A stretch of 39,275 nucleotides of DNA from a virus, in IMG/VR virus record IMGVR_UViG_3300029566_000030; one strand, given 5' to 3'. Shown piece by piece: positions 15,118 through 23,955 of this stretch. A program made the position numbers and the translations under genes. The notes beneath the pieces are model-generated. The model saw only the letters and a list, made by a program, of their open reading frames with translations, was not told the DNA's origin and searched no databases. Position 1 is the stretch's first letter. Each line of letters begins with the position of its first letter.

Positions 15118-15673
15118 AGTAACCTATTGTGATCGCTGCAGCACGGCGATTGATCCGGACGAGCTTAAGGTTTGTGCGGGATTCGATCTCTGTCAGCCCT
15201 GTGCAGCCGAGCTTCAGATTCGTATTAAGGCGTTCGTGGAGGAACTGAAGACACCGGAACGACCGGGAACTGAAGACACAGTTGAGCCGGCTGAGAATCC
15301 TCCAGCAGAGCCGATACCAGTATCAGAGCCTCCGATTCAACACGAGACCGTGCCAGAGAAGTATGGCGGCTTTCTGCATCTTAAATGTTCTGGGTGCGGC
15401 GCCACTAAGACCTTTTGTGCGAAGAAGCCTATGAGTGTGTACCACTGCTATGACTGCGGCACGGACACAGATCTTACAAACAACCTGACTCCAGTATATG
15501 CAAACTGTGAGTGTGGAAAAAGAGCGCGGTATATGACGAACGTGACCGAATGGGGCTTCGACCTTGCTTGTGTGGTCTGTGGCGCACCAGTAGCCGTCGA
15601 ATATCGGCCGGGCATCAACCAGTACCAGACCTGCGGAAAGTCGTTTGTGAAGTCGCGTAAGCGGAAGAAGTGA
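15101..15673 (+). CDS. Multi-zinc-ribbon protein (190 aa)
   Basis: Several CxxC pairs: CDRCS, CQPCA, CSGCG, CYDCG, CECG, CVVCG. Confidence 0.7.
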   Translation: MKKTVEVTYCDRCSTAIDPDELKVCAGFDLCQPCAAELQIRIKAFVEELKTPERPGTEDTVEPAENPPAEPIPVSEPPIQHETVPEKYGGFLHLKCSGCGATKTFCAKKPMSVYHCYDCGTDTDLTNNLTPVYANCECGKRARYMTNVTEWGFDLACVVCGAPVAVEYRPGINQYQTCGKSFVKSRKRKK

Positions 15674-15680
15674 GGTTTAT

Positions 15681-16814
15681 ATGAACATCCTTGAGAGAAT
15701 GGCTGTAAATGGCGCTGAAGAGCGCATTGCGAGCTTCCGGGCCATGCAGCAACGCGACTATGAGTTTAAGATTGCACACGCAGAGGAGACAGCATATAAG
15801 TTCTTGGAGCATCCGCAGATCGATGGCATGGCCTATGTGGCGGTCGGTGGCCTCGACAGCATTACACTGCTTTGCTTCCTTCGCTCGATTGGTATTAACC
15901 TTCCTGCGGTCTCTGTGTCCGTGTTGGAGGATAAGAGTATCCAACGTGTGCATATGGAGCTGGGTGTGACAGCACTTAAACCGCTGCGTTCCAAAGTCAA
16001 TGTGATCAAGGAACTCGGTTGGCCTGTCTTGTCAAAGGAAATCGCTGGGAAAATCAGTCTGCTCCAGCATCCGTCTGAGAAGAACGCCACTGTTCGCCAC
16101 GCTATTATCACGGGCGAAACCGGTGCGTATGGAGGATACCGGAAGAATACGCGCATGAAGCTCTCCCAGAAGTGGCTCGAGAGATTCGGCGGTGCTGATG
16201 CGGAGGGGGCAGCTCTCGGCTATGCTGCGGCACCTTTCCTCGTATCAGACAAGTGCTGCTATTACCTGAAGGAAAAGCCGTGCAATGATTATGCCAAAGA
16301 GAGCGGCCGCTTTCCGATGATGGGGCTCATGGCTTCCGAAGGAGGGCGTAGGCAGAAGGCTCTTATGCTCAACGGCTGCAACTACATCTCACCTGGCACG
16401 AAACGTAGCGCGCCGTTTGCAATCTTCAATCGGCAAGATTTGCTCCGCCTCAACCGCATTTTGGACGCGCCGGTACCGGAAGTGTACGGCGAGATTGTTG
16501 GTGAAGATGTCGATGGAGTGCATTATACGGCCGCATATATCCGCGAGATTGCGGCCACGGAGCCGGACCGCCTTGACAGCATCACGCTCCGGACGACGCT
16601 TGCACAGCGTACCGGATGTTCCATGTGCGGCTTCGGTATCACCTTGGAGAAGAGACCGCACCGCTTTGACCTACTGAGAGAACAAAATCCACAGGAATGG
16701 GAATTCTGGATGAAGCATGTGCTCCAGGACGAAAACGGTGAGTGGTACGGCTGGGGGCGTGTGCTGGACTATATCGGTGTCGGGTGGGAAGACATTCCTA
16801 CATCAAGAAAGTGA
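15681..16814 (+). CDS. PAPS-reductase-family (PP-loop ATPase, DndC/IbrA-like) protein
   Basis: PP-loop-like VAVGGLDS. CCYYLKEKP...GLMASEGGRRQ core. C-terminal RTGCSMCGFG. Confidence 0.75.
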   Translation: MNILERMAVNGAEERIASFRAMQQRDYEFKIAHAEETAYKFLEHPQIDGMAYVAVGGLDSITLLCFLRSIGINLPAVSVSVLEDKSIQRVHMELGVTALKPLRSKVNVIKELGWPVLSKEIAGKISLLQHPSEKNATVRHAIITGETGAYGGYRKNTRMKLSQKWLERFGGADAEGAALGYAAAPFLVSDKCCYYLKEKPCNDYAKESGRFPMMGLMASEGGRRQKALMLNGCNYISPGTKRSAPFAIFNRQDLLRLNRILDAPVPEVYGEIVGEDVDGVHYTAAYIREIAATEPDRLDSITLRTTLAQRTGCSMCGFGITLEKRPHRFDLLREQNPQEWEFWMKHVLQDENGEWYGWGRVLDYIGVGWEDIPTSRK

Positions 16815-16824
16815 GGGCAACACG

Positions 16825-17031
16825 ATGAACCGTCAACAGCGCCGCTTTATGAAACGACAGAAGGTGCCGCATTAAAGCTATGCAGACGTACTGGAACGGC
16901 AGCGTGAGGCTCACGAGGCGGTCAAGAAGGCCGCCCGTGACGCCACCGTGATTGATCGACACCCAACAGATGTGAGCCCAAAACAGCCTAATTTCGGCCA
17001 TGTAATGCGTTACATGACCTGTTGGGTGTAA
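16825..17031 (+). pseudogene. Small ORF interrupted by an in-frame TAA (16873-16875): pseudogene or readthrough candidate
   Basis: MNRQQRRFMKRQKVPH*SYADVLERQREAHEAVKKAARDATVIDRHPTDVSPKQPNFGHVMRYMTCWV* all lies in one frame. Confidence 0.35.
16960..17028 (+). other. Nested stem-loop (10-bp outer stem, 7-bp inner hairpin)
   Basis: CACCCAACAG (16960-16969) pairs with CTGTTGGGTG (17019-17028). Inner hairpin is CATGTAA-tgcg-TTACATG (16999-17016). Confidence 0.5.
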
Positions 17032-17115
17032 AGCCGGTATTGGCAAAGCTTTGCGGAACGTAAAACCGGTATTTTTTATGCATGGTCTGACTACTATGCC
17101 AACCCAGCAGATGGG

Positions 17116-17161
17116 CGTCAAAATTTGAGTGCACCGGCAACGGCGCACGAGAATTTTGACG
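17116..17161 (+). other. Long hairpin CGTCAAAATT...AATTTTGACG
   Basis: A 10-bp stem (17116-17125 with 17152-17161) plus an inner GTGC/GCAC pairing. Confidence 0.5.
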
Positions 17162-17389
17162 TCCCACAGGAAGAGAGAAAAGTAACTTTTTCGAGTGTTT
17201 GAACATGTCCGATTTTAGAGTTTTTTTGAGATGCAAAAAGGGGATACTCGTTGACAACTCTCAAACCGTTGGGAACGCTACGTTTTTTCTGCTTGCGCGT
17301 GCAAGTTTTTTACCCAAGCTATAGACACCTACGGTAAAATGGCGTTCCGTAATTCAGTAATTATAAAACTTTTGAGGAGAGGAAAAGAA

Positions 17390-17644
17390 ATGGTGCTTGA
17401 AGCTATGCAGTACTCGGCGGCAGTATTGTGGGTCATTGCCGCACTACTATGGATCCGCAATCAGGTCCGTATAAAAAGGGCTATCACAGAACTGAATCGT
17501 GAGGTCTCAAAGCTAAAGGAGTCTGACAATGACCAGCCAGGAAAAGTGCTTTCCGCGGAAGCTACAGTCAATGAGGGAGCGGCGTCATCTCTCACGGCAG
17601 AGGCTGGCAGATCTGTGCGGTATAAGTCAGAGCACGATTGCTAA
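17390..17644 (+). CDS. Possible small membrane protein (84 aa) overlapping the XRE gene by 116 nt
   Basis: GAGGAGAGG SD 7 nt before the ATG. TM segment YSAAVLWVIAALLWI followed by a coiled segment. The distal part may be out-of-frame noise of the XRE gene. Confidence 0.3.
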   Translation: MVLEAMQYSAAVLWVIAALLWIRNQVRIKRAITELNREVSKLKESDNDQPGKVLSAEATVNEGAASSLTAEAGRSVRYKSEHDC

Positions 17645-17741
17645 GTATGAAAGGGGCGAAAGATTCCCTACGATAGACGTGCTCATCATGCTGGCAGACC
17701 TTTTTGACACCTCTATTGACGAACTTGTCGGGCGAAAATAA
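17529..17741 (+). CDS. XRE-family HTH regulator (70 aa) just upstream of the late operon
   Basis: AAAGGAG SD. LQSMRERRHLSRQRLADLCGISQSTIAKYERGERFPTIDVLIMLADLFDTSIDELVG. Confidence 0.8.
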   Translation: MTSQEKCFPRKLQSMRERRHLSRQRLADLCGISQSTIAKYERGERFPTIDVLIMLADLFDTSIDELVGRK

Positions 17742-17832
17742 TTTTTTAGGGGTGGGACTCTCTGTACATTATTGACCCCAAAACCCATGTTATGCTGGTA
17801 TCAGGAAGATCACAATTCCTTTTCCGGCAACA

Positions 17833-17883
17833 AGCGGTCGAACGGATCTTCTGATGAAGATGACTGTTCGACCGCTCTTTTTT
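17833..17883 (+). terminator. Strong two-tier intrinsic terminator 16 nt upstream of the HNH/terminase operon
   Basis: AGCGGTCGAAC (17833-17843) pairs with GTTCGACCGCT (17866-17876). Inner hairpin is ATCTTC-tgat-GAAGAT. T6 follows at 17878-17883. Confidence 0.8.
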
Positions 17884-17899
17884 ACAGGGGGGGCTCATT

Positions 17900-18304
17900 T
17901 TGCTGAAATCATGCGTTTACTGCGGCAAGGCGCATCCTATTGGGGTTGAGTGTTCCGAGAAACCGAGATATGACCGGCCGCGCGTTAGCCAGGCCGACAA
18001 ATTTAGACGGAGCTATGCGTGGAAGACAAAGCAGGCTGCGATACTGCAGCGTGATTTTCACTTGTGCCGAATCTGTAACGATGGTAAATACGGCCGCTAT
18101 GACGGAAGGCTTTACTCGGCTGTTCGTGTGAAGCTGTCGGTGCATCACATTGAGCCATTGGCTGAGTGCTTTGAGCGTAGGCTGGACGATGAGAATCTCG
18201 TCACTGCATGTCCTTGGCACCACAAAATGGCTGACGACGGTGAGATACCACGCGACTACCTTCATGAGCTTGCTGCAACACCCCCCCGGTGGGATGCGAC
18301 TTGA
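17900..18304 (+). CDS. HNH endonuclease (terminase-associated type)
   Basis: CVYCGK...CRICN...SVHHIEPL...ACPWHHKM. Located immediately upstream of terS, as in HK97-like cos phages. Confidence 0.9.
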   Translation: MLKSCVYCGKAHPIGVECSEKPRYDRPRVSQADKFRRSYAWKTKQAAILQRDFHLCRICNDGKYGRYDGRLYSAVRVKLSVHHIEPLAECFERRLDDENLVTACPWHHKMADDGEIPRDYLHELAATPPRWDAT

Positions 18305-18387
18305 CGAGACGGCCTTCTTGTCGACCGAACAGCAGTCATCAAAACACACTATTTTCCTGCAACGAAATTCTGAGAAAGGAGCCAGCA

Positions 18388-18852
18388 ATGCCGAAAGCGA
18401 AGAGTGCAGCCGTGAAAAGCGGCCACCAGACCAAAGCTGAGAAGGCTGCCCGCCTTGATGCGGAGGAGCAGCTGCGCGGCGACGCCGTGGATACGCTGGA
18501 GCCTCCTGAATATCTCAACGACCGGCAGCGGCAGATCTTCCGCGAAGTCTTCGCCCTGCTGAAGCCGACGAAGATCCTCAACGCCGGCGACGTCTATATG
18601 CTCACGAACCTCGCCATCAGCATCGAGCGCAAGGAGTGCATGGACGACATGATCAACGGCAAGCCGGAGCTGATGGCGAGCGCCAATTTCATGGCCAGCC
18701 GTGAGCGCTACGAAAAGAGCTATCTGCGCTGCTGCGCGGAGCTGTGCCTTTCTCCCGCGGCACGGGCCAAGATGGGTCTGATGGCGGCGCAGGGAAAAGC
18801 CGACGCCGATGATCCGCTCGCAACTGCCATGAACGGGGGCGCCGATAAGTGA
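18388..18852 (+). CDS. terS: Terminase small subunit (P27-like)
   Basis: ATG at 18388 follows GAAAGGAG. YLNDRQRQIFREVF...LTNLAISIER...CAELCLSPAARAKM. Position before terL. Confidence 0.85.
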   Translation: MPKAKSAAVKSGHQTKAEKAARLDAEEQLRGDAVDTLEPPEYLNDRQRQIFREVFALLKPTKILNAGDVYMLTNLAISIERKECMDDMINGKPELMASANFMASRERYEKSYLRCCAELCLSPAARAKMGLMAAQGKADADDPLATAMNGGADK

Positions 18853-20579
18853 TCAAAGCACACCCGGCCTACCGGTATGCGCAGAAGGTGCTCAAAGGCG
18901 AGGTGAAGGCCCCAAAATATGTGATCTTGCAATGCGCCGAGTTTATCCAGGTCGCCAACGGCAAGAGTCGGAAGTACATCATCGACGAAGATAAGCTCGA
19001 TCAGATTATGCGCCTGCTGAGGCTGTTGGTGATGCCGAAGGGCCTGAAAGCCTATCAGACGGTGGCGGAGGCGCTCGCCGGCTTCCAATGGCTGTTCATC
19101 GTGGCGGTGCTCTGTACCGTGTACCGCAGCAACCGCGCAAAGCGCCGGTATCAGACGGCCATCCTGGAAATCTGCCGAAAGAACGGCAAGACCTTCCTTG
19201 TGGCGGTGCTGTTTATCCTTCTGCTTCTCACAGAGCCGAAGTTTTCCAAGTTCTATTCCGTTGCGCCGGATGGTTCGCTTTCCCGTGAGGTAAAAACAGC
19301 CATCGAAGAGATCATCCGCAGCTCGCCGGCGCTGATGGGGAAGCTGAAGGGCAAAGACAAGTTCAAGATTCTGCGCGATTCTATCGTCTGCAACGTGCAG
19401 GAAAATACATATTTTCCGCTTAATTACTCGACGAGCCGCCTTGACGGTAAGCTTCCGAGCGTGTTCCTTGCCGACGAGGTTGGCGCGCTGCCGAATGCAT
19501 ACGCGCTGGAGGCTATGCGCTCTGGTCAGCTGACAATCCTCAACAAGCTCGGCTGCGTGATCTCCACGAAGTATCCGAAGACCAAGAATCCCTTTGAGGA
19601 TGAGATCGGCTATGCCAAAAAGATCCTCGACAGCATCATTGACGACGAGACGGTCTTCGCGCTGCTCTATGAGCCGGACGATCCGACGAACTGGATGAGC
19701 GACGATCTGATCCTGATGCACGGAAATCCTCTTGCTCTGGAAGTACCGGAGATCATGGAGGACCTGAAGCAGAAGCGCCAAGCTGCCATCGAGGTCGAGG
19801 CTCGGCGCGAAAACTTCCTCTGCAAGCACTGCAATATCATCTACCAGGGCATCGGTACGGAGACGTATATCCCTGTGGCGGATGTGCAGGCCTGCAAGGT
19901 CGAGCACATCGACTGGACCGGCCGCGAAGTCTATCTCGGCGTCGACCTGTCCATGACGAACGACAACACCTCCGTTGCGATGGCAGCCTATGACGGGGAA
20001 AGTGAAAAAATCCTCGCTGATGTCGTCGCATTCGTTCCGGAAGGACGTATCGAGGAGAAGAGCCGCGCCGAAAAGATCGACTACCGGCAGTTTATCCGCG
20101 CTATGAAGTGCATTGCCTGCGGCGACCGGACGATCGACTACGCCGTGGTTGAGGATTTCGTCTTTAACATCGAGGCGAAATACGGCGTCACGGTCATGGG
20201 GCTCGGTTTCGACCGTATGAATTGCCTCTCTTCTGCCCAGAAATGGGAAAACGGCCGTGAAGCGAACGAATTTCACCCGGCGAGCGCCGGTTATACGGTG
20301 TGCGAGGTGAAGCAGCACTCCAGCGTGCTGCATCCGGCGACGAAATGGCTCTCGGAGATGATCACAGACGGCAAATTTGCCTATGAGCCCAACGATCTGC
20401 TGGAGATCAACTTTGAAAATGCCCGCTGCACCTTCGATACCAACCTCAACCGGTATGTGAACAAAAAGCGCTCGGCGGGAAAGGTGGACATGGTGGTGGC
20501 GCTAATCAACGCCGTCCACATGCTGCAGCAGAATACGCTCTTCGGAGAGGCTCTTGAGTGGGGCGCGATCGTGATTTGA
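18849..20579 (+). CDS. terL: Terminase large subunit
   Basis: 576 aa. ICRKNGKT Walker-A-like motif and a C-terminal nuclease-type region. Synteny terS-terL-portal. Confidence 0.95.
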   Translation: MIKAHPAYRYAQKVLKGEVKAPKYVILQCAEFIQVANGKSRKYIIDEDKLDQIMRLLRLLVMPKGLKAYQTVAEALAGFQWLFIVAVLCTVYRSNRAKRRYQTAILEICRKNGKTFLVAVLFILLLLTEPKFSKFYSVAPDGSLSREVKTAIEEIIRSSPALMGKLKGKDKFKILRDSIVCNVQENTYFPLNYSTSRLDGKLPSVFLADEVGALPNAYALEAMRSGQLTILNKLGCVISTKYPKTKNPFEDEIGYAKKILDSIIDDETVFALLYEPDDPTNWMSDDLILMHGNPLALEVPEIMEDLKQKRQAAIEVEARRENFLCKHCNIIYQGIGTETYIPVADVQACKVEHIDWTGREVYLGVDLSMTNDNTSVAMAAYDGESEKILADVVAFVPEGRIEEKSRAEKIDYRQFIRAMKCIACGDRTIDYAVVEDFVFNIEAKYGVTVMGLGFDRMNCLSSAQKWENGREANEFHPASAGYTVCEVKQHSSVLHPATKWLSEMITDGKFAYEPNDLLEINFENARCTFDTNLNRYVNKKRSAGKVDMVVALINAVHMLQQNTLFGEALEWGAIVI

Positions 20580-20598
20580 TGAAGTACGAGGTGACAAA

Positions 20599-21834
20599 AT
20601 GAGGCTTTTCGGCCGAACAATCGAGATCCGCAGCGATCAGGCATTCGATGATAAGAATCTGGACATCTCGCTGCGGGCCGCTCTGGGCGGCAGCGCCGTG
20701 ACGGTAGCGAGCATTTTGAATATTCCGGCGGTCAGCGGCAGCGTCAATTTTGTCGCGGGGACGATCGCTTCGCTGCCGATCCGGCTTTACCGCACGGAAG
20801 GCGGGAAATCGACGGAAGTGACCGACGATTACCGCCTGAGACTGCTCAATCAGGAGACGGGAGATCTTCTTGACGCCTTTTCCTGGAAATGCACGCTGAT
20901 TCGCGACTATCTGCTCGCGGGGAATGGCTACACCTACGTCGCGTGGGGCAAAAATCGGATCGAGGGGCTGTTCTATGTCGATCCGAACCAGGTAGGCATC
21001 GAGGTCGGCACCGATCCGATCTTCAAGTCGGCACATTTCCTGATCGGCGGCGGGCAGTACCGTGCGTATGAGATCCTCCGGCTGCTGCGCAACACGAAGG
21101 ACGGCGCGACCGGTACCGGTCTCGTCACAGAAAATCCGATGCAGCTGGAGCTGATGCTCAATGCACTGAAGTATGAGAACCGCATGGTGCGCACCGGCGC
21201 GAAGAAAGGCTTTCTGAAGGCCACTTCGGGAAAAAAGCTGACGCAGAGCGCGGTCGATGAGCTTCGGAAGGGCTGGAGGATGCTCTACAGCAGCGACAGC
21301 GACGAGACCGTCGCCGTGCTCAACGACGGCATTGAGTTTCAGGATGCCGGCCAGACGGCGGTGGACAGCCAGCTCAATGAGAACAAAAACACCAACGCTC
21401 GTGAGATCTATCACCTCTTCGGCATCGCGCCGTCTATCTTTGAGGGCGGCGCGTCGGCTGAAGATCTGAAGAACACCGTGCGCTTCGCGATCAAGCCAGT
21501 CGTGATAGCGCTGCAGACGGCGCTCAACCGTTTCTGCTTGCTGGAGAACGAGAAGGGCACGCTTGCCTTTGAGATCGATATGGACGCCCTCGATGGAACG
21601 GATATGCTTGCGCGCTATCAGGCCTACGAGATCGCCGTCCGAAACGGCTGGCTGCAGCTCGACGAGGTGCGCTATGACGAAGGCCGCAATCCGCTGGGGC
21701 TCAAATTTATCCGCCTTGGCTTGGATACCGTGATCTACGATCCCGATACCAAGATGATCTATACACCGAACACCAAGGAATGGGCCAGTATCGAGAAAGG
21801 AGGGAAGCAATTTGCAGGTAGAAATCAGAGCTGA
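20599..21834 (+). CDS. Portal protein (HK97 family)
   Basis: 411 aa. Position and size fit, with the typical ...YQAYEIAVRNGWL..DEVR region. Confidence 0.95.
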   Translation: MRLFGRTIEIRSDQAFDDKNLDISLRAALGGSAVTVASILNIPAVSGSVNFVAGTIASLPIRLYRTEGGKSTEVTDDYRLRLLNQETGDLLDAFSWKCTLIRDYLLAGNGYTYVAWGKNRIEGLFYVDPNQVGIEVGTDPIFKSAHFLIGGGQYRAYEILRLLRNTKDGATGTGLVTENPMQLELMLNALKYENRMVRTGAKKGFLKATSGKKLTQSAVDELRKGWRMLYSSDSDETVAVLNDGIEFQDAGQTAVDSQLNENKNTNAREIYHLFGIAPSIFEGGASAEDLKNTVRFAIKPVVIALQTALNRFCLLENEKGTLAFEIDMDALDGTDMLARYQAYEIAVRNGWLQLDEVRYDEGRNPLGLKFIRLGLDTVIYDPDTKMIYTPNTKEWASIEKGGKQFAGRNQS

Positions 21835-22471
21835 CAAAGCAGGAAAAAAGAGCGTGTGCGTAAGCGGCTATGTCAATGTCGTCGAGCGCGAATCGCGCGT
21901 ACTGCATGACCGCAGCGGCCCGTATATCGAAAAGATCGCGGCGGGCGCTTTTGCCAAAGCCATTGCGGCCGGAGGCCCGATCGAACTGCGGTTCAATCAC
22001 AGGACGATCCTCGGCTCCACAGAGGACAAGTCCGTTGAGCTGCGCGAGGACAACATTGGTCTGCGCGCGGTCGCGCCGTCGGTCACAGATCCGGCAGTTG
22101 TTGCGGCGGCCGAGAAGCAGGAGCTGCGCGGCTGGTCCTTTGGCTTCGTCAAGAAGCAGGATAGCTGGAGCACGGATGACAGCGGTATGCGCCACCGCAC
22201 GCTCCATGAGCTCGAATTGCGAGAGGTCTCCATTCTCGATAAGACACCCGCGTACATTGCCACGAGCATCGAAACGCGCGGTGAGGATGAGATCCTCGTG
22301 GAGTACCGCGTCGACGTAATGGTCGGCGATGAGGGCGTCGATTACGCCAGACAGACCGAGCGCAAGGTTGAAGAAGAGACCCACACCATCACCGGAAGTG
22401 ACGAATCCATGATGTTCGTCGCCTCTAAAACCGTAGAAATCTACAAGATGAAAAGGAGAATGAGAGAATGA
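21812..22471 (+). CDS. Prohead maturation protease (HK97/S78-like)
   Basis: VSGYVNVVERESRVL...GAFAKAI...RFNHR motifs. Lies between portal and capsid. Confidence 0.9.
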   Translation: MQVEIRADKAGKKSVCVSGYVNVVERESRVLHDRSGPYIEKIAAGAFAKAIAAGGPIELRFNHRTILGSTEDKSVELREDNIGLRAVAPSVTDPAVVAAAEKQELRGWSFGFVKKQDSWSTDDSGMRHRTLHELELREVSILDKTPAYIATSIETRGEDEILVEYRVDVMVGDEGVDYARQTERKVEEETHTITGSDESMMFVASKTVEIYKMKRRMRE

Positions 22472-23631
22472 TCCCTATCAACGTCAAGAAGTATAAAGAG
22501 CGCCAGACGGAGCTGATCACCAAGCTGGAGGGCATGGTGCAGACCTGCCAGACCGAGACCCGCTCGTTCAACGAGGCCGAGCAGGGTGAGTATGCTGCCA
22601 TCATGCAGGAGCTGCGTTCCATCGAGGATACCATCGGGGCCGCCGGCGTCGTGGAAGCTTCTCAGAAGAAGGTCGACAAGCCTGCCGGCGGCACGGAGCA
22701 GCGTTCTCAGGAGGAAGTGGAGACCCGCGCATTTGAGTGCTATATCCGCGGCATTGCGCCCGATGTGGAGACCCGTGCGGCGGTCAACATGACCACCGGC
22801 GACAACGGCGCCGTGATCCCCACGAGCATCGCCAATAAGATCATCGAGAAGGTCATCGAGATCTCCCCGCTGTTTTCCATGGCGACCCGTTACAATGTCG
22901 GCGGCACGCTCAACATCCCCAAGTATGACGAAAGCACGCAGAAGATCACGATGGCCTATGCTACCGAGTTTTCTGCGCTGACGAGCACCGCCGGCAAGAC
23001 CACCAGCATCTCCTTGTCCGGCTTCCTCGCCGGTGCGCTGTCCAAGGTGTCCATCTCCCTCGTCAACAACTCCAAGTTCGACATTGTTTCCTTTGTTATC
23101 CGCAAGATGGCAGAGGCCGCTGCGGACTGGATCGAGAACGAGCTGATCAACGGCACTGCGAGCAAGATCGAGGGCCTTTCCTCGGCATCTGCGGCTGTCA
23201 CGACCGCCGCGTCTACCGCGATCACCTCCGACGAGCTGATCGACCTGCAGGACAGCGTTCCCGATAAGCTGCAGGATGGCTGCATTTGGCTGATGACGCG
23301 CAAGACCCGCAGCGCGATCCGCAAGCTCAAGGACGGCGATGGCAATTACCTTCTGCAGAAGGACTTTACCTCTAAGTGGGGCTATACGCTGCTCGGTAAG
23401 CCCGTCTACACCTCCAAGAATATGCCGGAGATCGCTGCCGGCAAGAAGCCGGTTTTCTATCTCGACCCGAAGGGCCTCGCCGTCAAGGTCACGGAGAACC
23501 CCTCTGTGCAGGTCCTGCGTGAGAAGTTCGCAGACGAGCACGCGATCGGCGTGATCTGCTGGCTCGAGATGGATGCCAAGATCGAGAACGACCAGATGGT
23601 CGCGGCGCTGGCAATGAAGGCCGGCGGCTGA
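22468..23631 (+). CDS. Major capsid protein (HK97 fold) with N-terminal delta/scaffold coiled-coil
   Basis: 387 aa. N-terminal coiled-coil, then ...GAVIPTSIANKIIEKV... Synteny. Confidence 0.95.
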   Translation: MIPINVKKYKERQTELITKLEGMVQTCQTETRSFNEAEQGEYAAIMQELRSIEDTIGAAGVVEASQKKVDKPAGGTEQRSQEEVETRAFECYIRGIAPDVETRAAVNMTTGDNGAVIPTSIANKIIEKVIEISPLFSMATRYNVGGTLNIPKYDESTQKITMAYATEFSALTSTAGKTTSISLSGFLAGALSKVSISLVNNSKFDIVSFVIRKMAEAAADWIENELINGTASKIEGLSSASAAVTTAASTAITSDELIDLQDSVPDKLQDGCIWLMTRKTRSAIRKLKDGDGNYLLQKDFTSKWGYTLLGKPVYTSKNMPEIAAGKKPVFYLDPKGLAVKVTENPSVQVLREKFADEHAIGVICWLEMDAKIENDQMVAALAMKAGG

Positions 23632-23648
23632 GAAAGGAGCAGGTGTTC

Positions 23649-23945
23649 ATGAAGTATAAAGCAACGGTCAGCTTTGCCGGCGAGATCACCATGGGCCGCG
23701 GCGAGGTGCGCGATGTCAGCGATGACATCGCCGCCCCTCTTGTCGCAGACGGATACCTTGAGCCGGAGAAGGAAGCCGGCGGTCAGGCTGATCCGCCCGA
23801 CAGACAGGAGGAGCTTGAGAGCCTGACCAAGGATGTGCTGAGCCAGAAGGCGGAGGAGCTGGGCGTTGATGTAAAGTCCAACTGGAACAAGGCGGACATC
23901 ATCAATGCGATCCTTGAAGCCGAGAGCGCTGGTTCGGATACTTAA
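23649..23945 (+). CDS. Small head-associated protein with C-terminal SAP/Rho-N-like helix pair
   Basis: AAAGGAGCAGG SD. LTKDVLSQKAEELGVDVKSNWNKADIINAIL. Confidence 0.65.
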   Translation: MKYKATVSFAGEITMGRGEVRDVSDDIAAPLVADGYLEPEKEAGGQADPPDRQEELESLTKDVLSQKAEELGVDVKSNWNKADIINAILEAESAGSDT

Positions 23946-23955
23946 GGAGGGCGCG

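Noticed and set aside
16873-16875. Genome-wide stop-codon reassignment (alternative genetic code)
   Set aside because: All other roughly 60 genes are intact under the standard code, with TAA, TAG and TGA all used as terminators. The single in-frame TAA is treated as a local event.
16798-17257. Minus-strand ORFs 16798..17148 and 16988..17257
   Set aside because: They have no SD and non-protein-like sequence. They lie across palindromes and stem-loops of the regulatory island.
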